The notes: generated by a model from the sequence alone, not told the origin. Positions 9,801 through 18,266 are shown, counted from the first letter of the stretch. The stretch is DNA of 32,000 nucleotides from Psychrobacter cryohalolentis K5 (GCF_000013905.1 NC_007969.1:330001-362000); one strand, 5' to 3'. Numbers and translations: made by a program.

Positions 9801-11173
9801 AGATAGACCAAGCTGTCGCGTTTTTCATTCAGCAAAAACGCTGCGATATCAGTCGGTACTTCTGCTTGAACTTCACCTTGACGCTCTTTTAGCGCGATTT
9901 GTTCGATCTGACGCATGATAGATAATGACAATGAACGCAGGTCGCGAATCATGCCATTACCATGACAGCGTGGGCAGATATAACCAGTCGACTCTTCTAA
10001 TGACGGACGCAGACGCTGACGGCTCATTTCCATCAGACCAAACTTAGAAATATCACCAAATTGCACACGTGCACGGTCATATTTGGTGGCATCAATCAGA
10101 CGTTTTTCAACTTCTTTTTGATGCTTATTGTCATTCATGTCAATAAAATCAATGACAATCAAACCACCCATATCACGCAAACGTAGCTGACGAGCAATTT
10201 CATCGGCGGCTTCTAGATTGGTATGGTAAGCGGTTTCAGCAACGTCTGAACCTTTGGTAGACTTAGCAGAGTTGATGTCGATAGATACCAATGCTTCTGT
10301 CTGATCGATAACAATTGAGCCACCTGATGGTAGGCGAACTTCACGCTGATAGGCAGTTTCAATTTGTTTTTCAATATTAAAGCGCGAAAACATCGGCTCA
10401 TAATCGGTATATTTGCGTAGTTTTTCAGCCTGTTTTGGCATCACAGCATCGATAAAGCCCGCTGCTTCAATATAAGCGTTTTCGTTATCAATCCAAATCT
10501 CAGAGATGTCATCACGTAGATAGTCACGGACAGCACGCGTAACGACGCCCGCTTCTTGATGCACTAGGCGCGGTGATGGATATTTTTGGTTTTGTTCTTG
10601 AATGGCTTGCCAGATGTTTAGCAAATGATTTAAATCGTGCTGCAAGTCTTCTTGGGTTTTACCAATACCAGCAGTACGTATGATGACACTCATGCCTTTT
10701 GGCAGATCTAAACTGCCAAGCATACGTTTCATATCTTCACGCAATTTGCCTGAGATTTGACGCGAGATGCCACCGCCGCGAGGATTGTTTGGCATTAATA
10801 CCAGATAACGACCAGCCAATGACACATAAGTTGAAAGGGCAGCGCCTTTATTGCCGCGCTCTTCTTTTTCAACTTGGACGATGAGCTCGTCACCTTCTTT
10901 GATCAGCTTTTTGATGTTTTCATCACGTGGATTGCCGCTTAAGTATTCGGCAGAGATTTCACGAATCGGCAAAAAACCTTGACGCTGTGAGCCATATTCG
11001 ACAAATACCGCTTCAAGCGAGGGCTCGACACGGGTCACATGACCTTTATAGATATTAGATTTTTTTTGTTCGCGGGTACGGTTTTCGAGATCGAAATCGT
11101 ATAGATGATTGCCTTTACAGAGGGCAACACGAATCTCTTCGTTTTGGGTGGCGTTGATTAAAATGCGTTTCAT
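6824..11173 (-). CDS. rne: Ribonuclease E, canonical catalytic N-terminal half plus a very long disordered C-terminal region
   Basis: 1449 aa. N-terminus MKRILINATQNEEIRVAL, S1 domain, DNase-I-like region DINSAKSTKGSD...GLIVIDFIDM, and Zn-link CPRCHGNG (9950..9985). After about residue 490 the sequence is Q/N/S/T/D-rich with Arg/Lys-rich islands. Confidence 0.97.
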   Translation of the reverse strand: MKRILINATQNEEIRVALCKGNHLYDFDLENRTREQKKSNIYKGHVTRVEPSLEAVFVEYGSQRQGFLPIREISAEYLSGNPRDENIKKLIKEGDELIVQVEKEERGNKGAALSTYVSLAGRYLVLMPNNPRGGGISRQISGKLREDMKRMLGSLDLPKGMSVIIRTAGIGKTQEDLQHDLNHLLNIWQAIQEQNQKYPSPRLVHQEAGVVTRAVRDYLRDDISEIWIDNENAYIEAAGFIDAVMPKQAEKLRKYTDYEPMFSRFNIEKQIETAYQREVRLPSGGSIVIDQTEALVSIDINSAKSTKGSDVAETAYHTNLEAADEIARQLRLRDMGGLIVIDFIDMNDNKHQKEVEKRLIDATKYDRARVQFGDISKFGLMEMSRQRLRPSLEESTGYICPRCHGNGMIRDLRSLSLSIMRQIEQIALKERQGEVQAEVPTDIAAFLLNEKRDSLVYLEQDSGTRITILPHAHLESPNFKLHFNRDGFAPSSYERITDTQLQEHSELGYNVDWQTAEKERPEQQPTRQPRQAADKNSSDQAQARPNAQQSTPTQQQQNSTSHSNEHRSNNNSSNVTSARAPQAQETPSAQNPQSSQNIVTPSAPVAPQPTAIAAAQPQAVAWLSNLFAQAPQAQTTSSVSSRDAAEAIEALVNTGAQSLGSFGQVDNTALANNNNSQNTATPQPATNQQSSNEQNRQLTRSAESSTDDSSDAEERRRRKPRKSRPSKPRQRKEQADETENSATSNTTDSSASTDDKANNQDKRQQDNRRHNDRNRNNRQDNNRNTNEDNANPTSVNATSVSDSSRSDSSDNVVEEQTRTKRKSNSQRGSRGKLERGETLTAADSKQNNQQASKNANSNKHHSNARRNQDPNEVVLQVNEATSELKSPEVVHLSLDDSKSTTSRQATHKQAVIESDTDADAEKEHSENNNEQRADKQKPVDNKPAQKTSKTIDTSSVASDNTQQSSVQAKTSEKVSAHVNTTQIDQVEKSANPDKANQPTSKEDDKSGDKISSHKPAVDERANTKISMDSEAENTASTQEVVAVQVEKAAPIETTQKAHVAENTAEENVVVDSNEVAAEDSSSQAVLELSRDSLFAERYVAANKFGQASNDPRVVRLQQVQASFAKASHANEQDAQASERAPTIRGTVGEFIRATLAEAENRLATDGVISCFNAAIAKHLEQTLVKDSADKQVAIKPVAHSDFDFSNYGYQPLAADYIARFESMTKAVSQFAASQGKTSVEPRAISKRASNDPRGQHPDYKESAVLAVTDAANNEPVQTGIDIDAHEVEADALANQAQADAVSDQSKQLLDAEQTLAEVDAVQAHIESTDIESIRSVENDVSEIKMTDVDAAEVANITVEQSETVQDAESIVAPSLKDDSQAAKSKTTIASYKNMIENVAEQLLPQKGMFNLTTPKVPKARARKPKADHKKPTQAEKLESDDSDNLDRES

Positions 11174-12360
11174 AATAGTATCCTATGAGTACGCATAATA
11201 ACGAAAAGACAGGCTCTAGGGTAAAGTGGCAAGTACTTGCTAATAACAAAATCAGCATAAGCAGATATAAATTAACGAAAGAACGTAAATAAAGCGCGAA
11301 AACACTCTTCAAAAGCTTAACTTTGGACCAGTGATAGTAACTTCAATATAGAAGGTATAGGGTGTAAGTCTATGTCTATATCTTAATATAAGCAGGCTTG
11401 TTATAGCGATTAATGCATAAGCAGGTTAGTGATCGTTTATTATCAGTATTTTGAACCATATTGGTGGTCAGCGCACTTTGTCATTTCGTCATAGTGGCGG
11501 ATGGTTACTGATATATAAAGGTATTACTGATGCCAAAAAAGCATCGTGCTGTCACATAATCAATCAAGGTCTAGCAATCATATCGCTGTTGACTGTATAA
11601 ATTACAATTCAGCGGTTATCCGTCCAGATTAAGCAATTAGTCATTCTTTATTTATCGTTCTTTTGGATATAACGTTAATAATATCTTGGGCGTCTCAAAG
11701 CGAGTTCTTGCTGCGTTAGTCATCAGCGGGGCGTACTTGGCAAACAGAATAAATGACCGGCTTATCGGCACGGTGTCTCATGTCTATTCTACTTATCGTC
11801 CTCTGTTTGACCACCAATACTCAGGCAGTTATCGAGGTTTACAGGGTAATACTCGATTGCACTCTCAACGACCCATACTTGCTCAACTGCACGCGGCTAA
11901 AGGACTGTTAGATAATAAATCATCAAATCAAGTCGTTATCATGCGGGTAGTGAGTAAAGGGTGTATGGTTGGTTATCGCTTAATAAAAGGCTAATGCCAT
12001 ATTTATAAAGTCGATACTATCTATTGTCATAATATCCTGCAAGAAATGCTTCATAAGAATAAATAGTTTTTACTAAAAAATAATTTTTTACTGATAAATA
12101 TCAGTCATGTTCTTTCAATTTATTAGGTATTATAAAGTATATCTGTTGCTATAACACCCTTAAAATCAGATGAAGCGCCGAGCTTGCATAAGTTGTATGA
12201 GTCAGCCGATTATATTGACAAGTGATTAGCCAGTCATAAAATCGATATTTTCCACCTAAAACAACAATCAATTAGCAATGAATTATTGTCTCAGCCTCTG
12301 CTTAATTGGCGCTCAACATGTTAAACTATAGCAAATCTTTATGTAATTGCCTAACTAAAA

Positions 12361-13392
12361 ATGACAAACTCAAAAATGACAAACGACGAACCTATCCACG
12401 AAGCGCCAGCTATCTTTAATAGCAAAACGCGCCCACAAAGTGCTGACGATGAGATTAGCAACTTCGGCAAGGTCAATTACCTTGAAGTCACGCGTCATCA
12501 GCACGACCAGCGCTTGGATAACTTTTTGCTTAATCGCTTAAAAGGTTTGCCAAAACCGCATATCTATAAAATGATTCGCTCAGATGAGATTCGCGTCAAT
12601 AACAAGCGCTGCAAGGCTCATGACAGAGTGCAGCGTGAAGACGTGGTACGTATTGCGCCAGTGGTACTTGCCACTCGTGAAAAACCTATCATCAGTACCG
12701 AATTTGCCAAAAGCTTATTGGCGCGTGTGGTCTATGAGGATGAAGGTTTGATCGTGCTTAATAAACCATCCGGTATTGCGGTTCATGGCGGTAGTGGTCT
12801 TGCATTTGGTGTCATTGAAGCCATGCGTGAAGTCACAGGCAAGAAGTATTTAGAGCTGGTGCATCGTATCGATAAAGATACTTCAGGTTTATTAATGATC
12901 TCTAAAAAACGCTCTGCACTTAAAGTATTGCAGCAACATCTGGTCGACAAAACCATTCAAAAGCATTATTTATGTATTGCAAAAGGTCAGCCTGCACTTA
13001 ACGAACAACGTATCGATGCGTCATTGTTGCGTTATACACTGGCAAGCGGTGAGCGCCGCGTTAAGGTAGATACACAAGACCCGCAAACCAAAGAGAGTCA
13101 GACTGATATCGTCGTTCATGGTCGTTTTATGATTGCTGAGCAGCCCGTTAGCTTGATTGAAGCCAAGCCGCTCACCGGACGTACCCATCAAATTCGTGTA
13201 CATTTGGCGCACATTGGTCATGCTATCTTGGGCGATGATAAGTACCATGTACATGATAAATCTGGTGTGCATCGTCTATGCTTACATGCGTGGCGTCTAG
13301 ATATACCTGGTTATGAGACTATCACTGCGCCTTTACCAGAAGAGATGCTCGACTGGATGCCAGAAGAGATTAAAGCCAATTTGCCTAAATAA
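12361..13392 (+). CDS. rluC: 23S rRNA pseudouridine synthase, RluA family, RluC-like
   Basis: 343 aa. S4 domain (QRLDNFLLNRLKGLPKPHIYKMIRSDEIRVNNKR) and catalytic motif HRIDKDTSGLLMISKK. It is divergent from rne, as in E. coli. An alternative in-frame ATG lies at 12376. Confidence 0.9.
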   Translation: MTNSKMTNDEPIHEAPAIFNSKTRPQSADDEISNFGKVNYLEVTRHQHDQRLDNFLLNRLKGLPKPHIYKMIRSDEIRVNNKRCKAHDRVQREDVVRIAPVVLATREKPIISTEFAKSLLARVVYEDEGLIVLNKPSGIAVHGGSGLAFGVIEAMREVTGKKYLELVHRIDKDTSGLLMISKKRSALKVLQQHLVDKTIQKHYLCIAKGQPALNEQRIDASLLRYTLASGERRVKVDTQDPQTKESQTDIVVHGRFMIAEQPVSLIEAKPLTGRTHQIRVHLAHIGHAILGDDKYHVHDKSGVHRLCLHAWRLDIPGYETITAPLPEEMLDWMPEEIKANLPK

Positions 13393-13441
13393 TCTGATGC
13401 TTAAACAAGCTTTGATTAGATGCTATGTTAAGCATCAGATT
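13391..13441. repeat. 14-bp perfect inverted repeat with a 23-nt loop, between rluC and the HAD gene
   Basis: aatctgatgcttaa (13391..13404) is the reverse complement of ttaagcatcagatt (13428..13441). No clear U-run follows it. Confidence 0.7.
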
Positions 13442-13527
13442 TAAACGTCACGATAGCTTATGAAACATAAGTCGCCGTGACGTTTTGCTATCTGCCATTT
13501 ATTATGATTATTCATAAAGGTCTATTT

Positions 13528-14232
13528 ATGAGCCAAACTACTACAATGATTCCTGCTCAGAGTTCTCAGTCAGCCAACCCGCATCATTTAGCCGATAAGA
13601 CCTTAATCATATTTGATTGGGACGGTACGCTAATGGATTCGATTGGCTTGATTGTTGAAGCTATGCATATAGCAGGTGAGGCACATGGCTTCAAGACAAC
13701 TGATAAGGCCGTCAAAGATATTATTGGGTTAAGTTTAATGAAGGGCATTGAGCTTTTATATCCGTATTCAAGCGATAAGCAAAAACTGTTAATTCAACAA
13801 AGTTACGCAGATTATTATATTGCTAACAGCCAGCGTACACCGTTCTTTGCGCCGATAGAAAATATGCTACAAACCTTGCAGCGGCAAAATCGTCAGCTTG
13901 CAGTTGCGACAGGTAAAAAACGTAAGGGTCTAGATCGTGTTTTGGACGCTTCAGATAGCCATCATTATTTTGTTATGACGCGCTGTGCGGATGAAGCAGG
14001 CTCCAAACCTGACCCACAAATGCTGACGGATATTTTGCAATATACCGAACAGCAAATCTCTGACGCCGTATTTATCGGTGATAGCATTTATGATATTCAA
14101 ATGGCAAACAGTCTGGGCATGACCAGTATTGCAGTTAATTATGGTACCGCCAGCAGCGACGAGCTTGCCGCACAGCAGCCCACGTATCAGGTGAACACGC
14201 CCCAAGCGTTGGCACAATTATTATGTGCTTAA
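13528..14232 (+). CDS. HAD-superfamily hydrolase (phosphoglycolate-phosphatase-like)
   Basis: HAD motif I IIFDWDGTLMDS, and motif IV-like VFIGDSIYDIQMA. I prefer the ATG at 13528 (MSQTTTMIP), preceded by aaagg, over the GTG at 13477 used in the ORF track. Confidence 0.8.
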   Translation: MSQTTTMIPAQSSQSANPHHLADKTLIIFDWDGTLMDSIGLIVEAMHIAGEAHGFKTTDKAVKDIIGLSLMKGIELLYPYSSDKQKLLIQQSYADYYIANSQRTPFFAPIENMLQTLQRQNRQLAVATGKKRKGLDRVLDASDSHHYFVMTRCADEAGSKPDPQMLTDILQYTEQQISDAVFIGDSIYDIQMANSLGMTSIAVNYGTASSDELAAQQPTYQVNTPQALAQLLCA

Positions 14233-14281
14233 ATATAAATCGGTGTAAATGGTAATCTGCTTAAATGATAAAAATGATAAC

Positions 14282-14320
14282 AAAAAAAGGGTTTATCGAT
14301 AATAACGATAAACCCTTTTT
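14282..14320. terminator. Bidirectional intrinsic terminator between the HAD gene and engB
   Basis: Stem gggtttatcg (14289..14298) pairs with cgataaaccc (14306..14315). It is flanked by a 7-A run and a 5-T run. Confidence 0.8.
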
Positions 14321-14338
14321 CATTGAAGGATATGAGAT

Positions 14339-15109
14339 TTATTTGCTGTCTTGTTGAGAGCTGTCTTTTTGAAGCGCATCCTGTTCGATTGCGTCTTCTA
14401 GCTCATCACCTTCTAGCAACGCAAAAGAGGACTCAATAATTTTGTCTGCATCCAGCTGATACTCATACCAGTTACCCATAACGCCTGCTAATTCATCCAG
14501 ACCTTCTTTTCTTAAGGCTGAAAATAGCTGAATACTACAGTTCAGACCCAGTTCTTTCAGTCTTTTACGAGTATTAAGCAACGCATTTTTAGAGGCACCA
14601 TACTTTAGCTTATCTGCTTTCGTTAACAAGATATGAACGGGCAGCTCACCATCTTTTGCCCAACGTAGCATTTGCTCATCAAAGAACTTCAATGGATGAC
14701 GGATATCGCTCATCAGAACCAGACCTGCAAGGCTTGAGCGCGATACCAAATATTCTTCTAGCTCAACCTGCCATTCTTTTTTCATCTCAAGCGGTACAGC
14801 GGCATAGCCATAACCTGGCAAATCTACCAATCGTCTATCAGCATCACCAACATTAAAAAAGTTAATCATCTGCGTACGACCAGGCGTTTTAGATGAGCGT
14901 GCCAATTGGCGCTGGTTGGTAAGCGCATTAATGGCAGAAGACTTACCAGCGTTTGAGCGACCAGCAAATGCCACCTCTAAGCCTATATCTGCAGGACACA
15001 GACGAAAGGTTGGTGCTGACATCATAAATTCAGTTTGCTGAATACGCTGACGGGCTTTGGTATTAAAAGCCGCATGCTTGGCGGCGACATCGTTGAACGG
15101 GGTACTCAT
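14339..15109 (-). CDS. engB: Ribosome-biogenesis GTPase EngB/YihA
   Basis: G1 motif [17 protein letters not shown]3 DLPGYG and G4 TKADK. The likely start is the ATG at 15109 (MSTPFNDV). The ORF-track start at 15217 adds 36 implausible residues. The C-terminal acidic tail is longer than in typical EngB proteins. Confidence 0.9.
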   Translation of the reverse strand: MSTPFNDVAAKHAAFNTKARQRIQQTEFMMSAPTFRLCPADIGLEVAFAGRSNAGKSSAINALTNQRQLARSSKTPGRTQMINFFNVGDADRRLVDLPGYGYAAVPLEMKKEWQVELEEYLVSRSSLAGLVLMSDIRHPLKFFDEQMLRWAKDGELPVHILLTKADKLKYGASKNALLNTRKRLKELGLNCSIQLFSALRKEGLDELAGVMGNWYEYQLDADKIIESSFALLEGDELEDAIEQDALQKDSSQQDSK

Positions 15110-15296
15110 AAATGACTCATTACGGTTAAAATTTAGATACTTAAATTTAGATAAAATAGTAAAAGATTTTGCAATTGCTCGGTTAATAGCACAGCATCTT
15201 TGGCTACTAATAACCAACTATCAATCTTTCATAAAATAAGGGCATTAAATTACTGACTATTCTATACTATTAATGCGCTTAGTTATTGAAATAACG

Positions 15297-15351
15297 GTTA
15301 TTAGCCGCATATTAATTACATCTCTACTGTAATTAATATGCGGCTAATAAC
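15297..15351. repeat. Perfect 24-bp-arm inverted repeat (hairpin) in the engB / cytochrome c5 divergent intergenic region
   Basis: gttattagccgcatattaattaca (15297..15320) is the exact reverse complement of tgtaattaatatgcggctaataac (15328..15351). The loop is 7 nt (tctctac), and tcatttttc follows on the plus strand. Confidence 0.9.
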
Positions 15352-15424
15352 TCATTTTTCGATTCCTTATCCAAGCGTATTAACAAAGTTAAACTATATT
15401 CATATATATTAATTTGACATATAT

Positions 15425-15433
15425 TGTTACAAT
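15425..15433 (+). promoter_or_regulatory. Candidate extended -10 promoter element for cytochrome c5
   Basis: tgttacaat matches TGnTAtAAT. A ttgaca hexamer at 15414..15419 lies too close to be its -35 element. This rests on sequence match only. Confidence 0.3.
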
Positions 15434-15520
15434 CTCTAGCAGAATAGGTTTATTCACAGATGTTAAGGCACAGAAGCAATGAAGCAAACGTCTGGACGGA
15501 TGAGCCAATGGAGGTGTCTT

Positions 15521-15856
15521 ATGTTATCGATGACCATGATTTTTGCCAAAGGCAATCGCTTTTTAGCCAGCAGTGTTAGCGCGCTTATCATTAGTGCAGC
15601 TATGATAACTGGTGCAGGGGCGGCTAGTACTGCAACGACTTATAATGAGTCCTGCGCTGCGTGCCACGACAGCGGTGCCTTGAATGCGATTAAAAAAGGC
15701 GATAGTGCCAAGTGGCAGCAGCTAATAAAACAAAAAGGCATGCCTGCACTTATTAGTTCGGTCAAAAATGGTATGATTCAGATGCCAGCTGGTGGGTTGT
15801 GCGAAGATTGTAGCAATGATGACTATCGTAAGCTGATTGAGTATATGAGCAAATAA
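15521..15856 (+). CDS. Cytochrome c5-type monohaem class I c-type cytochrome
   Basis: Haem motif CAACHD and a later Cys pair CEDCS, typical of c5. A signal-peptide-like N-terminus is present. I prefer the ATG at 15521, with GGAGG 7 nt upstream, over 15479. Confidence 0.85.
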   Translation: MLSMTMIFAKGNRFLASSVSALIISAAMITGAGAASTATTYNESCAACHDSGALNAIKKGDSAKWQQLIKQKGMPALISSVKNGMIQMPAGGLCEDCSNDDYRKLIEYMSK

Positions 15857-15902
15857 ATATCTATTAAATCATTATTAGCTATTTGCTAAGAGATATAAAT
15901 AA

Positions 15903-15941
15903 GGCGCAAGGGTCTAGAACCTTTTGCGCTTTTTGCTCTTT
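15903..15941 (+). terminator. Probable intrinsic terminator after cytochrome c5
   Basis: Imperfect stem gcgcaa (15904..15909) pairs with ttgcgc (15924..15929), with extra G:C/G:U pairs. It is followed by tttttgctcttt. Confidence 0.55.
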
Positions 15942-16016
15942 ATAAACCAAAGATTGAGTGAGTGAGGGGGAAAACTATCCAATGCTACGATTAAGTAGGC
16001 AAATAGTAAAAAGTCT

Positions 16017-16025
16017 TGCTATAAT
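16017..16025 (+). promoter_or_regulatory. Candidate extended -10 promoter element for cytochrome c4
   Basis: tgctataat is a perfect TGnTATAAT. The -35 region is weak. This rests on sequence match only. Confidence 0.35.
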
Positions 16026-16190
16026 AATCCAAAATAAACCCTGATATTAGTAAGTACTTTCGTGCTGCTTGTGATAAAGACGATAGAATATACGGCTTAG
16101 CGACTAAATAATGGCTTTGTGAATATAATACGTCTACATAATGCAATCACTCTAAACAATGCTTACATCGAGTTAGTAGGATTTGTATCA

Positions 16191-16859
16191 ATGAAAAAGT
16201 TAATCGCTGCCGCCAGCTTATGTGTTGCAAGTTTCAGCGTACAAGCTGCTATCACTGTTCCTGAATATGATCTTAATGCCGGCAAACAAATTGCAGAAAC
16301 TGTCTGTGCTGCTTGTCATGGTGTTGATGGTGTGAGCCCTGTGCCTGCCCAGCCAAATCTTGGTGGTCAAAACGTTAAGTATTTATATAAGCAATTGGTC
16401 AATTTTAAAGCAGGCTACCGCAAAAACGGTATCATGCAGTCGCAAGTGGCCAATTTGTCGCAGCAAGATTTAGCCAACGTTGCAGGTTATTACTCAAGCC
16501 AGAAACCTTGGGGTGTGGCGTTCGGTAATCCTGCAACTACGCAAGAAGCCAGCAAGTTGTTTTTAGGTGGTGATAAGTCACGCGGTGTCATCGGTTGTGC
16601 GGGCTGTCATGGTCCAGACGCAGCGGGTAACGTATGGGCAGCATTTCCACGTTTAGGTGGACAGCATGCTGAATATATTGCCACCCAGTTAAAGCTTTTC
16701 CGTGCCGCTGGTCGTGTAGATGATATCGATAGCGACGAGCAAAAGCGTGTCAATGATGCTGCAAAAGAAGGCGAGATGGGCATGATGCAGACCGTTGCTT
16801 CTAAACTGTCAGATCGTGATATCCGTATCTTGTCAGATTATGTGAGTGCTATTCACTAA
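16191..16859 (+). CDS. Dihaem cytochrome c4
   Basis: Two haem motifs, CAACHG and CAGCHG. Signal peptide MKKLIAAASLCVASFSVQA. The ATG at 16191 is preferred over 16119. The engB / c-type cytochrome neighbourhood matches what is seen in pseudomonads. Confidence 0.9.
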   Translation: MKKLIAAASLCVASFSVQAAITVPEYDLNAGKQIAETVCAACHGVDGVSPVPAQPNLGGQNVKYLYKQLVNFKAGYRKNGIMQSQVANLSQQDLANVAGYYSSQKPWGVAFGNPATTQEASKLFLGGDKSRGVIGCAGCHGPDAAGNVWAAFPRLGGQHAEYIATQLKLFRAAGRVDDIDSDEQKRVNDAAKEGEMGMMQTVASKLSDRDIRILSDYVSAIH

Positions 16860-16934
16860 TATCAGATAAAGTCGGTGTTCTTCATTGCTATTCTTAAGAA
16901 AAGTGCCTTCTACATTGGTTTTAACTGAGTTATT

Positions 16935-16958
16935 AAACCCCGATTTCGGGGTTTTTTT
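16935..16958 (+). terminator. Intrinsic terminator after cytochrome c4
   Basis: aaaccccgatttcggggttttttt: a GC stem ccccga/tcgggg followed by a 7-T run. Confidence 0.8.
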
Positions 16959-17041
16959 ATAACTGTCAGTCCTTATATAATGGCATATTAGTAGTACTTT
17001 ACTTTATAAAAATAAATTGCCTATATATCAATTTGACGATT

Positions 17042-17064
17042 AAAAGCTTAAAAGCTTAAAAGCT
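17042..17064. repeat. Tandem 8-bp repeat aaaagctt, 2.9 copies
   Basis: aaaagctt aaaagctt aaaagct, seen directly. Each unit contains the palindrome aagctt. It lies about 60 bp upstream of the ATG at 17124. Confidence 0.8.
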
Positions 17065-17123
17065 ATTTATGCTTAACTAATATTACTCAATGTTACTCAC
17101 CTTGAATCGCTTGGATATAAATT

Positions 17124-18266
17124 ATGATGATTCGCTATGCTTCTTATTTTATTGCAGCGCTGCTACCATTATTGCTTTTTCGCTGGTTTGCACCGGCGTC
17201 AATAGGAGAGATTGATTTTTGGCTGTTGTGGCTATTGGCCATGGTGCTGGTCTCGCTACCGGTCATTTATGCTGAGATAGCATTGGCTTATCGTAGTGCT
17301 GAAGCACCTTTGGCGGGTATGCAAAAGCTCACTCGAGAGGCAGATGCCAGCGCCTTGTGGCGTGGCTTTGGTTGGCTTGCTGCCCTCGTAGCCATAATCA
17401 TTGCAGCGCTTGTGATATCAGGTGCTAGCACTGGTATATTGACTGCACTTACAGACTTAAATAGCACACCTGAAGTGCCAAGCTTTGCGGTTGCCGCAGG
17501 CTTGATGGTCATTGCCGCATTGTTAAGCTTGTTGGGTGTGACACCCTTACCAATTGGTTTGGGATTAATGCTTATTGGATTGATATTTGGGGTAGCAAAC
17601 GGTTTGCCAAATATTACCTTTGCGATGACCAATATTAGCTTGGGAGAATGGGCACGAGCAGTTGCACTAGCACTTGTCAGTGTTGGCGCAGGTACAGGCT
17701 TATATTGGTTTGGTCAAAACCGTATCACTAAGCAAGCGGTAACAGCGGTGGGCGTAGACAATCACTATGCTCAAAATCCCTCTCGTGCTCAGGCGTCAAG
17801 CGAATATCGAGCAACTAAGCTGGTGCTACCGATTTGGATATTACAGTTATTGGTAGGGATGGTGGCTTTATTTATCAGTGGTATGACGCTACCACCAATC
17901 GGACAGCTACTGTATTGGGCAGGGGTGATTTTTGTCGCCAGTTACTTGCTACATTATAGTACGCAGCAGCTCGCACATAAGTTTGGACTGCTGGCCAGTT
18001 TGGTCATAACGGCTGTCATAGCGATAGTGTTGGTCGTTGTCATACCGACTATTTGGCTGTTAGGTATACTGGTTATCGTCAGTACGATAGCCGTATTGTT
18101 ATTGTCAGTTTTTGCAGGATGGCAAATGAAAATCAGTCATTTGCGCAAGTCTTTAAACTTTGGCAATGAAGCTTTTTATAATTTATGGCGTGTGGCGATA
18201 CGTTTGATTGTGCCCGTAGCACTCTTATTAGCCTTGATAGGTTGGGTGATGCAGTGGTTAAGCTAA
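17124..18266 (+). CDS. Polytopic inner-membrane protein of unknown function (about 10-11 TM), possibly a degenerate NSS/SNF-fold protein
   Basis: 380 aa, almost entirely hydrophobic helices. SLPVIYAEIALAY resembles the NSS TM2 pattern G-I-P-L-x-x-x-E-x-x-x-G. The C-terminal LWRVAIRLIVPVALLLALIGW resembles the NSS last helix. The TM1 GLGN-type motif appears to be replaced (LLLFRWFAP). The family call comes from memory of these patterns, not from a search. Confidence 0.65.
   Translation: MMIRYASYFIAALLPLLLFRWFAPASIGEIDFWLLWLLAMVLVSLPVIYAEIALAYRSAEAPLAGMQKLTREADASALWRGFGWLAALVAIIIAALVISGASTGILTALTDLNSTPEVPSFAVAAGLMVIAALLSLLGVTPLPIGLGLMLIGLIFGVANGLPNITFAMTNISLGEWARAVALALVSVGAGTGLYWFGQNRITKQAVTAVGVDNHYAQNPSRAQASSEYRATKLVLPIWILQLLVGMVALFISGMTLPPIGQLLYWAGVIFVASYLLHYSTQQLAHKFGLLASLVITAVIAIVLVVVIPTIWLLGILVIVSTIAVLLLSVFAGWQMKISHLRKSLNFGNEAFYNLWRVAIRLIVPVALLLALIGWVMQWLS

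Noticed and set aside
11686-11994. 102-aa ORF in the rne-rluC spacer as a protein-coding gene.
   Set aside because: It has a TTG start and no Shine-Dalgarno, and the translation has no recognisable motif. Its position mirrors the dubious yceQ ORF in the E. coli rne leader. I kept it only as part of the intergenic-region finding.
14264-14281. Fur-box-like aatgataaaaatgataac.
   Set aside because: It lies between two convergent 3' ends next to a terminator, not in a promoter. It matches the GATAATGATAATCATTATC consensus only partially and lacks dyad symmetry.
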